Of a stretch of DNA of 37,260 nucleotides, positions 9,019 through 21,364 are shown piece by piece (the first letter of the stretch is position 1; each line of letters opens with the position of its first letter). The stretch is from Tolypothrix carrinoi HA7290-LM1. Its GTDB lineage: Bacteria > Cyanobacteriota > Cyanobacteriia > Cyanobacteriales > Nostocaceae. The notes below the pieces were generated by a model, which saw nothing but the letters and a program-made list of their open reading frames with translations, had not been told where the DNA came from and searched no databases. A program made the position numbers and the translations under genes. The DNA lies in NCBI GenBank assembly GCA_019358935.1, contig JAHHIK010000085.1, positions 1-37,260 on the forward strand. Direction: 5' to 3'.

Positions 9019-9363
9019 CTAGAGCGTGTTGAGTGCTCCTATTCATTTAGCTTTTTAACTTTTTAGATCCACCATTATCCACGCCACTTGCGCGTCTGCC
9101 GGGAAACCCGCATATAGCGCAGTGGCTCCCCTTAAAAAGGGGGACTTTAAGAGACTCTTAGCCCCCCTTTTTAAGGGGAGCCAGCGCTGTGCGGAGGTCA
9201 CGAACGTTGAGGAGCCAGTGCGTTGCGGTGAGACCAGCGAGAAAGGGAGGGTTTCCCTCGTGCCGGCAAGGCGCGAACCCGAAGGGAGGTCACGAACGTT
9301 GTAGCACCTGGCGTGCGACTGGCGTGGGTTGGGGGGATCTAAGACTTTGAAAACACGCCCTAG
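9019..9363. repeat. Composite palindromic element flanked by CTAG, containing nested small dispersed repeats
   Basis: CTAG-AGCGTGTT...AACACGCC-CTAG; inner CCCTTAAAAAGGGGG/CCCCCTTTTTAAGGG palindrome; GAGCCAG...TGGCGT units inserted within it. Confidence 0.65.
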
Positions 9364-9372
9364 CCCCTCTTT

Positions 9373-9918
9373 TCACTTCAAATCGAGTAATCCTTCTTCT
9401 TTCAACTTAGGATTAAAGCGAATTTGAAGACGCAAACCACGCGCTTGCAACACTTCTAAAATTTCAGCTTCTACTCGTCGCGCCACATTTTTAATAATTT
9501 TCACTTGCGCCATATCATCTATTAGTGGATTTTGATAATTTGCCTGTTCTTCAGGTGTCATTACCGCTTTAGCATCAATAGGCTGCGTCCATTTTTCTTT
9601 TTGTTCGGCATTTCCCAAAGGAACACTGTTATTTTCGGCAATCCACGCATTTTCAATGTTTTCTAAAACGGCGCGGCTAGGACGCTCAATGGTTTGGACT
9701 TTTACCCAATAGCAATTTTGAGGTTGACGTACTAAATGCTGTTTCAGACTGAGATATACATCGCGAGAATAGCCAACAAATTGCAGCACTTTTTCACGAT
9801 CAAAAATTGCATAAACTCCTATTTTAGTTTGAAATTGTTCGGGTAACTGACCGTTATCGTCAATGTAAGCAATATATTCCAGAGTTGCTAAAGAAGAAAT
9901 ATTTGTTTCAGTTGTCAT
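9373..9918 (-). CDS. GIY-YIG nuclease family-like protein
   Basis: GVYAIFD...LQFVGYSRD...LKQH pattern. Confidence 0.7.
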   Translation of the reverse strand: MTTETNISSLATLEYIAYIDDNGQLPEQFQTKIGVYAIFDREKVLQFVGYSRDVYLSLKQHLVRQPQNCYWVKVQTIERPSRAVLENIENAWIAENNSVPLGNAEQKEKWTQPIDAKAVMTPEEQANYQNPLIDDMAQVKIIKNVARRVEAEILEVLQARGLRLQIRFNPKLKEEGLLDLK

Positions 9919-9975
9919 AAATCAAAATTAAAAATTAATACTTGGTAATTGATTTGGAAGCGAGTACAGCGCTTA

Positions 9976-10302
9976 CTACGAATTAATTTTCATGTAAATT
10001 GCACAGAGGCGACTGGGTTTGAATATTTTGGCATTAAACATGAAGTTTGGCGGGACGTTAATAATTGCGTATTCGCTATTATCATGATATTTTTCAAATT
10101 CGGCTGGCATCCCTTTGGGAGTAGTTAAGCTATAAGGAACTGGTTGAAAAAGCAATTTTGTAAATTCAACTTTTTCGCAGTTTAGTTGTTGACAAACTTG
10201 CTTTAAAAAGGCTTCGCTAGTCAACAAGCTGAAAAGGCTTTTTTGAAGCTCAGGTTCCAGAGTGAAACTGCTATCAAAGTTTTGGACGATTTTAAAAGGC
10301 AT
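9976..10302 (-). CDS. Hypothetical protein
   Basis: 108-aa ATG ORF co-oriented with its neighbour, with protein-like composition. Confidence 0.6.
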   Translation of the reverse strand: MPFKIVQNFDSSFTLEPELQKSLFSLLTSEAFLKQVCQQLNCEKVEFTKLLFQPVPYSLTTPKGMPAEFEKYHDNSEYAIINVPPNFMFNAKIFKPSRLCAIYMKINS

Positions 10303-10656
10303 TTTTATTAGAGATATTTATTAGCGATTGAGTGATGAGCTTGACCCTCCGGGGAGTGTCAGTTCGCAATCGACGGGAACCGCCTTCGCTTTTAGCGTCT
10401 CCCCGAACCCTTGAAGACTGCGACTGACTCACCAAGTGCGGGTATATTAAGAGCGATCGCTTCTTTAAAAGTTGGGCGCACGGAAACCGTGACGCACCCA
10501 CTTTTCACTTCTTTAAAACAGCCTATTAGATTGTGTGACTTCTGTCAGCCACTAAGTAAGTGGGCGAAACTAAACGTAATAGGACTTACGCAAAAAACCT
10601 TGCCCTCACCGCTCTCTCTTCACGTTATTTAGTCCTAAAAGCGTAAGTCCTAAAGT

Positions 10657-10688
10657 AAAAAAATAAAAAACCCTCCCAAGTGGGAGGG
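10657..10688 (-). terminator. Intrinsic terminator of the rpoB-rpoC1-rpoC2 operon
   Basis: Minus strand CCCTCCC-ACTT-GGGAGGG followed by TTTTTTATTTTTT, about 40 nt after the rpoC2 stop. Confidence 0.8.
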
Positions 10689-10729
10689 ACGAATGTTGGA
10701 ATGGTAAAAGAAATTTTACCCTTTACCTT

Positions 10730-13700
10730 TTATATTTCCTCGTCGAAGTCGTCTTCTTCGTCTTCCTCGTCTTCCTCAAAATCGTCTTCTTCAACAAGGT
10801 CGCTAACTTCATCAGCAATCATCAAATCATCCTCATCATCTAAGATTGACGACGATTCTGTACGTCTACCGCCAAATCCTTCTGCCCCAAGTCCAGGAGA
10901 ATCCAAATTATAAGCGCGAGCTGTGCGGTCATCTAGCACCATATCCATCGGGTCATCGACTTCATCCAACACGCTGCTGCTGTCTGCGCTTCCATAGTCA
11001 TCAACTATACCGGTTTCTTCATAGGCGTTATACCCAGTACCGGCAGGAATCAATCGCCCGATAATTACGTTTTCTTTCAAACCGCGCAGCCAGTCAGATT
11101 TACCTTCAATTGCCGCTTCCGTCAACACCCGCGTCGTCTCTTGGAATGATGCAGCCGAGATAAAGCTGTCGGTATTCAATGATGCTTTGGTAATCCCCAA
11201 TAATACTGGGGTATACTGCGCCCTCGCACCCCCCGTAATGCTCATCGCCTCATTCACCTGCTCAATTTGCCGCAGTTCTACCAACTCTCCCGGCAACATG
11301 GTTGTGTCACCCCCATCATCTACCCGCACCTTCGCGGTCATCTGCCGCACAATCACTTCAATGTGCTTGTCGGCAATATCAATTCCTTGAGATTGATACA
11401 CCATTTGCACTTCGTTCACCAAGAAAGTCTGCACCTTCTGCAAAGCAAGACTTGCACAAGCATACACCCCATCTGATGAACCAAGACTAAAGAACACCTC
11501 CAAAATTTCGTGCGGATTGGCAGGACCGTCACTCAACGGCTCTCCTGCTGCGACGGTAGCACCATCTGTCAGCACCAAATTTTGCCCAGGTCCTAAAGGG
11601 TAATCGGTGACAACACCATTCGGCTCGATGACTTTAGCAGCGATCGCCTCATCACCATCACCATATACAACTGATACTTCCCCGGCTCTCTTTGCCAAAA
11701 TACACGCCTCTTTTGGCTTGCGTGCTTCTAGCAATTCCTCAATACGAGGCAAACCTTGAATAATGTCTCCCGTCTTGGCGCGTTCAAACACCAACAACAC
11801 CAAATTATCACCGCGTTGCACCAAATCCCCATCCTCTATCTGCAACACCGCTCCCGGCGAAACTCGATAAGGACGACCAATGCGAATCGACACAGTGTAA
11901 GAAGAGGGGGGAGACAAGGGGGAGGGGGAAGACAAGGAGGAAATTTCTCCAACTTGTCCCCCTTGTCCCCCTTGTCCCCCTTGTCCCCCTTGTCCCCCTG
12001 TCCCCTTCTGAACTTCCAGCACTTGCCCAGACAAAGGAGCAAATACTCCTGGGGCAATTTCTGAACCCTCTACCAGCAAGTCCCCCTTCTTCACCTTCGG
12101 CGCTGTGCCAGTGTTCACCGTCACCATGTCCGTATGACGCAACACCAAACAGCGACGCACTGTTTCGCTTCCTTTTTGCACTCCCCGGACAATACCCCCC
12201 TCCTTACACAAAATTTGGGTACGGGCAACTACAGCACCTGGGGCAATCGTAGCTTGTGCTTCCACCTCCAAACTCGTAGTCGTGCTACCTTGAGTCGCAT
12301 CGGCGGTAATGTCGCGACGCACTATCAAAGATTCCAAAATCACCAATTGCAAACGAGAAGTTTCCGAACCCTCACCATCACTCAGCAACTCAATATCTGC
12401 TGCTAATGGCGAAGCGTTGTGGTCCGCATCACCCTCCGTCTCAATTTCCAACACTAGTTGCGTCCGCAGCAACTCCACACCTTCCACCGACTTAACCCGC
12501 TCAGAATCTTTATAAGGCAGTCGTTGCACCGCCCGCAACTCAATGCTGCGCCCCGTCTGCTGACTAACCGATGTCGTTGAAGGCACATCCGGATTATTCG
12601 GCACCGCGAACTCTTCTACCGGACGACTCAGCAGCGCTGGACCTTCTGGCGACTCTATATATTGGATGTAGCGCAGTTCGGTCACGACTTGCCCCAATAA
12701 CTCCTCACCCGGTTGAACAAAAGTATTATCTCGTCCAATCACCGCTTCGGGATCGTCCACCATCAGCAGTTCTCCGGGCTTAATCACCACCTCCCTCAAA
12801 ATGTCGTTTTTCTGGGTGACTTCGACCACGCCGTTGTTTGATGCGAATATATCCTTAACAACTTCTGTGCCAGCTTCCACATACTGACCGTCTTCCACCA
12901 ACAGCAGCGATATATCTTTATTTACCTCATGAGTTTCTTCCGGAATCCACAATAATGTGCCTCCTTGAACTACCTCATAACCCAACTTCGCCTTGCCTTT
13001 TTTCTGCACCTCCACGCCGGCGTATTTCAACAACCCACCTGTATTGGTGCGATAGCGATCGTCAATTAACTCCGCCACAACTTGACCATTTTGCACCTTT
13101 GTGCCTGGAGTTGCTCTGAGGTTAAAGACTTGGTTGTGAGCAGTGGAAATAAGGTAATTATTGCGACCTTGGGAACTTTGCACCGTCACCGTTGCCTGAT
13201 CCAAAACCACACTAGCGGTGATAATCTCAATTTCCCTAGTACTCTTACCCACTTGCGCTTCTGGCAAGCGGACTATACCGCCATGTAAAGTAGTTAACTT
13301 GGTTTCTGCCAAGACACCATTTGTCTCAATTGCATCACCATTATTCACTACCAACTCCGCTCCAGGTGGCAAGTTATACACTTCCCCAGACAAAATCCAA
13401 ATCAAACCACCCCGCGCCGCTGTGGTCGTTGTGTTGCCTTGACGGTCTGTTTTTTGCTCTGGTACTACTTCCGCAAACTGCACTTCCCCAGCCAAATCAC
13501 TGGCTACATCTTTAACGGCTTTTTCAGTATTTGCCCGAGTTGTCCGTCCGCCGAGCGCCACTTCTGCCAGCAACTGACCAAGCTTTACTTGCTGCCCATC
13601 GACTATATATAGTGTCGAACCTTGGGTAACGGCAATTTCAATTGAACCAGATGTCGTTTCCAACGAAAGCGTACCGTTTGCTTCCACAAACAGCGAATCT

Positions 13701-14833
13701 TCCCCGTGTCGAGTGCGATATGCTCTGGTTTTCAACTTGCGCGGCAGGCGAATCGTACCATCTTTTTCGGCACGCACTTGTTTTGCTACTTCCCCGGTGA
13801 ATACACCACCAGTGTGGAAAGTCCGCATCGTTAGCTGCGTCCCCGGTTCGCCGATACTTTGAGCGGCAATAATTCCTACCGCTTCACCCAAATCTACCAT
13901 CTTCGCGTGTGCCAAACTCCAGCCATAGCAGTGTTGGCAAACCGAACGCGCTGCTTCACAAGTTAAAGGCGATCGCACCACCACCGATTGCACGCCGCTA
14001 AATTGAATCAAGTGTGCTAACTCGTTACTAATTGGCGTATTGCGCGGGGCGATTATTTGTTTGGTGGTGGGATGCACCACATCTTCTGCCACTACCCGTC
14101 CCATCAAGCGCGTGCCGATGGGAATCAGGATTTTGCCACCTTCTATCATCGCTCCGAGGGTAAGTCCCCTGGTAGTGCCGCAGTCAAATTCCCGCACAAT
14201 CACATCTTGGGATACATCCACCAAACGACGGGTGAGATATCCAGAGTCAGCAGTTCTTAACGCTGTATCTACCAATCCCTTACGAGCGCCGTAAGAAGAG
14301 ATAATATATTCGGTAACGGTCAATCCTTCACGGAAGTTGGTTTTAATCGGCAAGTCGATAATTTCCCCTTGCGGATCTGCCATCAACCCGCGCATCCCTA
14401 CCAATTGGCGCACCTGGGAGATGTTACCCCTAGCACCAGAAAACGCCATCATATATACTGAGTTCAGCGGGTTAGTACTCTTAAAGTGCTTCACCACTTC
14501 ATCTTTCAGCGCTTCCGATGTAGAGTTCCAAGTATCAATTACTTTTTGGAAACGCTCTACTTCCGTAATTTCACCGCGTTGATAGCGTTCTTCCGTGGCG
14601 CGAATTTCTTCTTCTGCGGCATCGAGGAGCGATCGCTTGCTTGGCGGCACCATCAAATCATCTACACTAATCGAAACTCCGGCTTTGGTGGCATAGCGGA
14701 AGCCTAAGTCTTTTAACTTATCCGCCATCACCGCCGTTCGCGCCGTGCCACAATTGGTGAACGCCCAAGAAATTAAATTTCTCAGTTGACCTTTGTCAAC
14801 GATGCGATTGCGAAAAATCAGTTTTTCAGTCAT
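10730..14833 (-). CDS. rpoC2: DNA-directed RNA polymerase subunit beta' (cyanobacterial RpoC2)
   Basis: [38 protein letters not shown], large SI3 insertion, [28 protein letters not shown]. Confidence 0.99.
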   Translation of the reverse strand: MTEKLIFRNRIVDKGQLRNLISWAFTNCGTARTAVMADKLKDLGFRYATKAGVSISVDDLMVPPSKRSLLDAAEEEIRATEERYQRGEITEVERFQKVIDTWNSTSEALKDEVVKHFKSTNPLNSVYMMAFSGARGNISQVRQLVGMRGLMADPQGEIIDLPIKTNFREGLTVTEYIISSYGARKGLVDTALRTADSGYLTRRLVDVSQDVIVREFDCGTTRGLTLGAMIEGGKILIPIGTRLMGRVVAEDVVHPTTKQIIAPRNTPISNELAHLIQFSGVQSVVVRSPLTCEAARSVCQHCYGWSLAHAKMVDLGEAVGIIAAQSIGEPGTQLTMRTFHTGGVFTGEVAKQVRAEKDGTIRLPRKLKTRAYRTRHGEDSLFVEANGTLSLETTSGSIEIAVTQGSTLYIVDGQQVKLGQLLAEVALGGRTTRANTEKAVKDVASDLAGEVQFAEVVPEQKTDRQGNTTTTAARGGLIWILSGEVYNLPPGAELVVNNGDAIETNGVLAETKLTTLHGGIVRLPEAQVGKSTREIEIITASVVLDQATVTVQSSQGRNNYLISTAHNQVFNLRATPGTKVQNGQVVAELIDDRYRTNTGGLLKYAGVEVQKKGKAKLGYEVVQGGTLLWIPEETHEVNKDISLLLVEDGQYVEAGTEVVKDIFASNNGVVEVTQKNDILREVVIKPGELLMVDDPEAVIGRDNTFVQPGEELLGQVVTELRYIQYIESPEGPALLSRPVEEFAVPNNPDVPSTTSVSQQTGRSIELRAVQRLPYKDSERVKSVEGVELLRTQLVLEIETEGDADHNASPLAADIELLSDGEGSETSRLQLVILESLIVRRDITADATQGSTTTSLEVEAQATIAPGAVVARTQILCKEGGIVRGVQKGSETVRRCLVLRHTDMVTVNTGTAPKVKKGDLLVEGSEIAPGVFAPLSGQVLEVQKGTGGQGGQGGQGGQGGQVGEISSLSSPSPLSPPSSYTVSIRIGRPYRVSPGAVLQIEDGDLVQRGDNLVLLVFERAKTGDIIQGLPRIEELLEARKPKEACILAKRAGEVSVVYGDGDEAIAAKVIEPNGVVTDYPLGPGQNLVLTDGATVAAGEPLSDGPANPHEILEVFFSLGSSDGVYACASLALQKVQTFLVNEVQMVYQSQGIDIADKHIEVIVRQMTAKVRVDDGGDTTMLPGELVELRQIEQVNEAMSITGGARAQYTPVLLGITKASLNTDSFISAASFQETTRVLTEAAIEGKSDWLRGLKENVIIGRLIPAGTGYNAYEETGIVDDYGSADSSSVLDEVDDPMDMVLDDRTARAYNLDSPGLGAEGFGGRRTESSSILDDEDDLMIADEVSDLVEEDDFEEDEEDEEDDFDEEI
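11901..12005. repeat. In-frame 9-mer tandem repeat (CTTGTCCCC x5) with a degenerate inverted partner inside rpoC2
   Basis: Five exact copies at 11953-11997; encodes [35 protein letters not shown]. Confidence 0.9.
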
Positions 14834-15040
14834 TGATAATTGGGAAAAAGGTAATTGGTAATTGATAATTGGGAAAAAGGTAATTGGGAAAAAGGTAGTT
14901 GGTAATTGGGAAGGTAATTGTTTTTTCCATTACCCCTTCGGGTTCGCCAGTCGCCTGCGGAGGGAAACCCTCCCGCAGCGCTGGACTCACCATTACCCAT
15001 TACCCATTACCCATTCCCCATTACCCATTCCCCATGCCCC
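14834..15040. repeat. STRR-type heptamer repeats (GGTAATT / TTACCCA) in inverted arrangement, with a dispersed repeat inserted at about 14934-14991
   Basis: Seen directly in the rpoC1-rpoC2 spacer. Confidence 0.85.
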
Positions 15041-15041
15041 A

Positions 15042-16919
15042 CTAACTAGCTAACGCTTCTTGGATCGCCTTGTTATAAATAACGCGACCGGGAGTTGTGC
15101 GTATATATTGAGAAATCAAATTCCCTGACTTGTCTTGTCTGACACGACGGAATTTATACAGCAACGTCCGAGTCCCATCGGTGTTTTCTTCAACCTTCAC
15201 AGGTTCGGTATCTGCCACATCAGTTTCTACTTCGCCATCAAACCGCACAAATACATAAGCGTGCAAATCAACTTGCTGCTGTTCGTAAGCCATAATCGCG
15301 TCATCCAAAGAACCGAAGTATTTTCCTGCGCCCTTTGTCGCATCCGGATTTTCCGCAGTTAAATAATACGCCCCCAATACCATATCTTGGCTGGGTGTAA
15401 TAATTGGCTTACCGGTTGCCGGCGACAATATATTGTTAGAGGCAAGCATCAACAACCGCGCTTCTGCCTGAGATTCCAGCGATAAAGGTACGTGTACTGC
15501 CATTTGGTCGCCGTCAAAGTCAGCGTTAAATGCCGGACACACCAAAGGATGCAATTGAATTGCTCTACCTTCTACCAAAATCGGCTCAAAAGCTTGAATC
15601 CCCAAACGGTGCAGCGTCGGTGCCCGATTTAACATCACCGGATGCCCCTCAATCACTTCTTCCAACACATCCCACACACTAGGGTCGTTGCGAGAAATCA
15701 GCTTTTTCGCGGCTTTGATGTTATTCACCATACCAGAGCGAATCAAGCGATTAATCACAAACGGTTGAAATAGCTCGATCGCCATTTCTCTCGGCAAACC
15801 GCATTGATGGATTTGTAACTTTGGTCCAACGACAATTACAGATCGACCCGAATAGTCAACTCGCTTACCCAACAAATTCTGCCGAAAACGTCCTTGCTTA
15901 CCCTCAATAATGTCAGACAAAGACTTCAGCGGTCGGTTATTTGCCCCTACCACCGTCCGTCCCCGACGACCATTGTCAATCAAAGCATCCACCGCTTCTT
16001 GCAGCATCCGCTTTTCGTTTCTGACAATAATTTCCGGTGCCAAAATTTCTTGCAACCGCGCCAAACGGTTATTGCGGTTAATCACCCGACGATACAAATC
16101 ATTTAAATCGCTCGTGGCAAAGCGTCCTCCATCCAACTGCACCATCGGGCGCAAATCTGGAGGGATTACTGGAATTACCGCCATTACCATCCACTCTGGT
16201 AATGAACCAGTAGCGATGAAGTTATCAATCACCCGCAACCGCTTAATCAGCTTCGCCCGTTTTTGTCCTTTGGCGCTACCAATTTCTTCGCGCAAATTTT
16301 CCGCTTCTTGCTCCAAATTGATATCAGCAAGCAACCGCAGCAGCGCTTCTGCGCCAATTCCTACCTCTACACCTTGAAGTTGAGAATCTTCGGCATAAAT
16401 CTGGTCTTCAATTTCCAGCCACTGGTCTTCACTCAATAGCTGTTTATAAGTTAAAGTTTCCGCGTTGCCTTTGCTGAGGACAACATAAGAGTTGAAATAA
16501 ACTATCTGCTCCACATCCCGCAAAGGCATATCCAGCAAAATAGAAATGTAACTGGGGATACCCTTGAGATACCAAACGTGCGCTACTGGTGCCGCCAGTT
16601 TGATATAACCCATGCGGTGACGGCGCACTCGCGATTCGGTGACTTCCACCCCACAGCGTTCGCAGACAATACCGCGATGGCGCACTCTCTTATATTTACC
16701 GCAGTGACATTCCCAGTCTTTCGCCGGTCCAAAGATGCGCTCGCAAAAAAGCCCGTCCATCTCCGGCTTCAAAGTTCGATAATTAATCGTCTCTGGCTTA
16801 GTGACTTCACCTACCACCTGACCGTTAGGCAAAGTTCGCTCGCCCCAAGTCCGAATCCGTTCTGGGGAAGCCAAGCCGATTTTCACATAGTCAAACTGAT
16901 TAGTTTGTGCGTTTCTCAT
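15042..16919 (-). CDS. rpoC1: DNA-directed RNA polymerase subunit gamma
   Basis: NADFDGD catalytic motif, Zn finger CHCGKYKR...CERC. Start re-assigned to [11 protein letters not shown] because the ORF-track extension is translated repeat. Confidence 0.99.
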   Translation of the reverse strand: MRNAQTNQFDYVKIGLASPERIRTWGERTLPNGQVVGEVTKPETINYRTLKPEMDGLFCERIFGPAKDWECHCGKYKRVRHRGIVCERCGVEVTESRVRRHRMGYIKLAAPVAHVWYLKGIPSYISILLDMPLRDVEQIVYFNSYVVLSKGNAETLTYKQLLSEDQWLEIEDQIYAEDSQLQGVEVGIGAEALLRLLADINLEQEAENLREEIGSAKGQKRAKLIKRLRVIDNFIATGSLPEWMVMAVIPVIPPDLRPMVQLDGGRFATSDLNDLYRRVINRNNRLARLQEILAPEIIVRNEKRMLQEAVDALIDNGRRGRTVVGANNRPLKSLSDIIEGKQGRFRQNLLGKRVDYSGRSVIVVGPKLQIHQCGLPREMAIELFQPFVINRLIRSGMVNNIKAAKKLISRNDPSVWDVLEEVIEGHPVMLNRAPTLHRLGIQAFEPILVEGRAIQLHPLVCPAFNADFDGDQMAVHVPLSLESQAEARLLMLASNNILSPATGKPIITPSQDMVLGAYYLTAENPDATKGAGKYFGSLDDAIMAYEQQQVDLHAYVFVRFDGEVETDVADTEPVKVEENTDGTRTLLYKFRRVRQDKSGNLISQYIRTTPGRVIYNKAIQEALAS

Positions 16920-16923
16920 ATTA

Positions 16924-17168
16924 TTAAATGGGCAATTGTTTAATGGGCATTGGGCATTGGGCATTGGGCAATGGGTAATGGGCAATGGGCAATTGTTTAA
17001 TGGGCAATTGTTTAATGGGCAATTGTTTAATGGGCATTGGGCAATTGTTTAATGGGCATTGGTAATTGTCTCCCTTGTCCCCCTTGTCCCCCTTGTCCCC
17101 CTGCCCCATGCCCCATGCCCCATGCCCCATGCCCCATGCCCCATGCCCCATGCCCCATGCCCCATGCC
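16924..17168. repeat. Mixed short tandem repeats: AATGGGCAATTGTTT 15-mer, TGGGCAT 7-mer, CTTGTCCCC 9-mer, CCCCATG 7-mer
   Basis: Fill essentially the whole rpoB-rpoC1 spacer. Confidence 0.9.
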
Positions 17169-20100
17169 CTATTCGTCGTCTTCCATCGATTCCCGCGATA
17201 GAGATTCGTAAGTTGGACGAGGGGGAGTGCGACGCGTTCCTTGGTCTGCCATCAAATCAACTTCTACATCCAAAGAACTACCGTCAGCTTGGGTTTCGAC
17301 TTTATGCACGGCTATGTCTAACCCCAACGATTGCAATTCGCGCATCAACACTTTAAATGATTCCGGTGTCCCCGGTCGCGGAATTGCTTTGCCCTTAACG
17401 ATCGCATTCAACGCTTCATTCCGTCCTTGCATGTCGTCAGATTTCACAGTCAGCAACTCTTGCAATGTATACGCCGCACCAAATGCCTCCAGCGCCCATA
17501 CTTCCATTTCCCCAAATCGCTGACCGCCTTGTTGTGCTTTACCACCCAACGGTTGCTGCGTCACCAATGAGTATGGACCTGTCGAACGAGCGTGAATCTT
17601 ATCATCCACCAAATGCACCAGCTTCAACATATACGCCACCCCAATCGTCACCGGTCTATCAAAAGGCTCTCCAGTCCGCCCATCAAACACCATGATTTTG
17701 CCAGGGTCATCCGGGTTATATACCCAGTTTCTCCCCGTCTCATCTCGTGCTTCTTGCAACTTACCATGCACAATCCGGCGCGATGACTCCTCCCCATACA
17801 TTTCGTCAAAAGGCGTAATCTTAAAGCGCACTCCTAAGGTGTGACCAGCCCAACCCAGCAAACACTCAAACACCTGCCCCACATTCATCCGGCTGGGCAC
17901 CCCCAACGGATTAAGTACAATATCCACCGGCGACCCATCCGGCAAATAAGGCATATCTTCCAACGGGAGGATGCGGGAAATAATTCCCTTATTCCCGTGC
18001 CGCCCTGCCATTTTGTCGCCAACTTGGATTTTGCGCTTTTGTGCTACATACACTCGCACTACCATGTTTGCTCCGGGTGGCAACTCGTCGCCTTGTTCGC
18101 GGGTAAATAACCGCACATCCACCACGCGACCTTTTTCACCATTCGGCACTCGCAATGAGTTATCGCGCACATCCCGCGCTTTTTCACCGAAAATTGCCCG
18201 CAGCAGCTTTTCTTCTGGTGGTTGGTCAGATTCACCTTTGGGGGTAACTTTTCCGACTAATATATCCCCCGCATCTACCCAGGCTCCAATGCGAATAATT
18301 CCCTGTTCATCCAAAGAGCGCAAAGCATCTTCCCCGACGTTGGGAATTTCTCTGGTGATTTCCTCAGGTCCTAGCTTCGTTTGTCTTGCCTCAATTTCAT
18401 ATTTTTCAATGTGAACCGAGGTATAAACATCTTCCTGCACCAACCGCTCAGAAATCAAAATCGCATCTTCGTAGTTGTAACCTTCCCAAGGCATGTAAGC
18501 GACGACAATATTTTGTCCCAGCGCTAATTCTCCACCTTCAGTAGAAGATCCATCCGCCAACACTTGACCTGCTACCACTTTCTCACCCATCCGCACCAGC
18601 GGTTTTTGGTTCAAACAAGTGTCTTGGTTAGAACGTTGATACTTAGAAATCTTGTATTTAATTTCGTTTTGGTTCGCTTTCGGACGAACGCGAATTTCTG
18701 TGGCATCTACATAAGTTACATCCCCATCAGTCCGCGATACAATCACCATCCCAGAGTCACGAGCCGCTTGCGCTTCCAGTCCCGTACCGACCAAAGGACG
18801 TTCTGGCTTCAACAACGGTACTGCCTGCCGTTGCATGTTCGACCCCATCAGCGCTCGGTTGGCGTCGTCATGCTCCAAAAAGGGAATCATCGACGTAGCA
18901 ACCGACACAATTTGCACTGGGGAAACTGCTACATAGTCAACTTGCTCCGGTGTTGTCGTTGCCCAATCTTGGCGATAGCGCACCGGCACTTGTGGTCCAA
19001 TAATGTAACCGTTTTCATCTAAGGGGATATCCCCCGTCGCAGTCCGCAAATCGTCTTCTTCATCAGCCGTCATATAAACCGGCTGCACGTCAAACCGCAC
19101 TTTGCCGTTTTCTACCGGACGAAATGGTGTTTCCAAAAAGCCATATTGATTCACCCTGGCATGAGTTGCCAAAGAACCAATCAAACCGGCGTTGGGACCT
19201 TCTGGTGTCTCAATCGGGCAAATGCGTCCGTAGTGGCTGGGGTGAATATCTCGCACCGCAAAACCAGCGCGTTCTCTGGTTAATCCCCCAGGACCAAGTG
19301 CCGATAAGCGGCGTTTGTGAGTCAGTTCTGCCAAAGGATTGGTTTGATCCATAAACTGACTTAGCTGGGAGGAACCAAAGAATTCTTTGATTGCCGCAAC
19401 CAACGGTTTCGGGTTAACTAAAGATGCCGGTGTCAGCACTTCCGCATCGGATACCGTCATGCGTTCGCGAATAATCCGCTCTAAGCGGTTTAAACCCACA
19501 CGCACTTGGTTTTGCAGCAATTCACCCACACTTCTAACTCGGCGATTTCCCAGGTGGTCGATGTCGTCGGTGTTACCAATATCAAATTCCAGGTTGATTA
19601 AATAATCTACCGCCGCTAAAATGTCAACCGACGTTAATACGCGAGTTGTTTCTGGAACTTGCAAACGTAACTTTTTGTTAAGTTTGTAGCGTCCCACCCG
19701 ACCCAAGTCGTAGCGTTTGGCATCAAAAAAGCGCGAATCGAGTAACTGCTGTCCGCCCAATACTGTGGGGGGTTCACCAGGACGCAGTTTGCGATACAAC
19801 TCCATCAAGGCATCTTCTTCGGAAAATTGCCCTTCTTTTTCGATGGTTTTTTGAAAGTATTCTGGGTGACGCAGCGCGTCAAATATTTCGTTGTCTGACA
19901 ACGAGAGTGCTTTCAGCAGCACTTGCGCCGACAATTTGCGGGTTTTGTCGATGCGTACCCAAACTAAATCGTTACGGTCTGTTTCAAATTTCAGCCACGC
20001 CCCCCGGTTGGGGATCAAACTAGCAGAGTAAGTGCGGCGTCCGTTTTTATCAATTTCTGATTTGTAGTATACGCCTGGGGAGCGGACGATTTGATTGACA

Positions 20101-20468
20101 ATTACCCGCTCGGCGCCGTTGATGATGAAAGTTCCGCGATCGGTCATCAAAGGCAAGTCGCCGATAAATACTTCCTGCTCTTTAATTTCCCCAGTTTCTT
20201 TGTTAATTAATCTTGTCGGTACATACATTTGTACCGCGTAGCTACTATCCCGCCTTTTGGCTTCTTCTACACTGTACTTGGGTTGCTTAAGTCTGTAGTT
20301 CTGACCCAAAAAGTGCAGTTCTAGTTTGCCAGTGTAGTCTGTAATCGGACTAAAGGAGTTAAGTTCTTCTATTAGCCCTTCTTCTAAAAACCAGCGAAAG
20401 CTTGAACGCTGGATTTCAATTAAGTCGGGTAATAAAAAGGCGGGTTCCATATATGTTTCTTTAGTCAT
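17169..20468 (-). CDS. rpoB: DNA-directed RNA polymerase subunit beta
   Basis: [56 protein letters not shown]. Confidence 0.99.
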   Translation of the reverse strand: MTKETYMEPAFLLPDLIEIQRSSFRWFLEEGLIEELNSFSPITDYTGKLELHFLGQNYRLKQPKYSVEEAKRRDSSYAVQMYVPTRLINKETGEIKEQEVFIGDLPLMTDRGTFIINGAERVIVNQIVRSPGVYYKSEIDKNGRRTYSASLIPNRGAWLKFETDRNDLVWVRIDKTRKLSAQVLLKALSLSDNEIFDALRHPEYFQKTIEKEGQFSEEDALMELYRKLRPGEPPTVLGGQQLLDSRFFDAKRYDLGRVGRYKLNKKLRLQVPETTRVLTSVDILAAVDYLINLEFDIGNTDDIDHLGNRRVRSVGELLQNQVRVGLNRLERIIRERMTVSDAEVLTPASLVNPKPLVAAIKEFFGSSQLSQFMDQTNPLAELTHKRRLSALGPGGLTRERAGFAVRDIHPSHYGRICPIETPEGPNAGLIGSLATHARVNQYGFLETPFRPVENGKVRFDVQPVYMTADEEDDLRTATGDIPLDENGYIIGPQVPVRYRQDWATTTPEQVDYVAVSPVQIVSVATSMIPFLEHDDANRALMGSNMQRQAVPLLKPERPLVGTGLEAQAARDSGMVIVSRTDGDVTYVDATEIRVRPKANQNEIKYKISKYQRSNQDTCLNQKPLVRMGEKVVAGQVLADGSSTEGGELALGQNIVVAYMPWEGYNYEDAILISERLVQEDVYTSVHIEKYEIEARQTKLGPEEITREIPNVGEDALRSLDEQGIIRIGAWVDAGDILVGKVTPKGESDQPPEEKLLRAIFGEKARDVRDNSLRVPNGEKGRVVDVRLFTREQGDELPPGANMVVRVYVAQKRKIQVGDKMAGRHGNKGIISRILPLEDMPYLPDGSPVDIVLNPLGVPSRMNVGQVFECLLGWAGHTLGVRFKITPFDEMYGEESSRRIVHGKLQEARDETGRNWVYNPDDPGKIMVFDGRTGEPFDRPVTIGVAYMLKLVHLVDDKIHARSTGPYSLVTQQPLGGKAQQGGQRFGEMEVWALEAFGAAYTLQELLTVKSDDMQGRNEALNAIVKGKAIPRPGTPESFKVLMRELQSLGLDIAVHKVETQADGSSLDVEVDLMADQGTRRTPPRPTYESLSRESMEDDE

Positions 20469-21364
20469 GCCTCTACCTTTATCAATTGTGAATTATCGCT
20501 CGTACACTGCACAAGGGCGTTCGCACATGAAGGAGCCTCTCGTAGAGAAGCCTCTAGGAGAGCGCAAGCGTCTTTCTTTGGGAGAAGAGAAGCGCGTCTT
20601 TGCAGGAGAAGGTTATCATCGAAGCGCCGATTTCCGTATTGGAAACTTATTTTTATACCAATTGACTGGCTATAAGTGCCGACAAAAGCACAGTAAGCTT
20701 TAAGAACTGATGACTTCAGCGGGCGATCGCCCCGATTAAAGTCAATTACGGCAAAAATCCTGCTTTTGCGTTGGAGCAATTGCAGATGAAAGATATCTTG
20801 TTGATTTTTATTTGCTTTCCTCACTTCCACTTCCATTAAAGCGCGTCAATTAGCGCACGAGTGCGCTCTACACTGTTCTGTCTTTTATACACGCACAGCC
20901 TTTTTCAAAGGGTGATGTTAAGAGACTGAAGCAACGCTCCGCTTTTATAAGCTCTAATCAGTATGGCTTTCTCTTGTTGGGTATTAATCACAAGTCAATT
21001 AACGGTTAACAATTTTTATAGATTAAATACAGATCTGCTTTCAAAGGACAAAATTTTAGCTTTAACGTAGTTGTTTTTGCAGGATGGTCGTGTATTTTTC
21101 GCATCCGCATGTAGAGAGAGGATGAAAAAGTGATGAAGCGTGAAACTTCAGTTTACTAATTTTTAGTTCCTTCCTTAACCATTATGGCGCAAGAAAAACA
21201 TTTTGGAGGCAATAATACTAGCATATTTTTGCGCTCCTCGATTTTTATTTTTTTGCCGATTGAGGTGAGCCACTGCGTTGCGTATTTTATCGCCTATGAG
21301 CGCATGTGGCGTTAGAGTCAAAGTGGCGAAACAATCTTAGGGTGATGTATCCGGCTCACTTGAG

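Noticed and set aside
9122..9304. 60-aa ORF; likewise 10292-10632, 14862-15053, 26632-26856 and 28200-28415
   Set aside because: Composed of GC-rich dispersed repeat sequence
10322..10500. Possible structured ncRNA or riboswitch
   Set aside because: Shares GGTGAGTC...GGAGGG motifs with the dispersed repeat family; no known RNA family motif recognised
16920..17356. ORFs 16924-17151 and 17066-17356 and the N-terminal extension of rpoC1
   Set aside because: Translations of tandem repeats (PMPHAPC, GDK, QLPIK)
10680..20836. Many short ORFs antisense to, overlapping or just upstream of the rpo genes
   Set aside because: Shadow frames of conserved genes or repeat-derived, with no recognisable motifs
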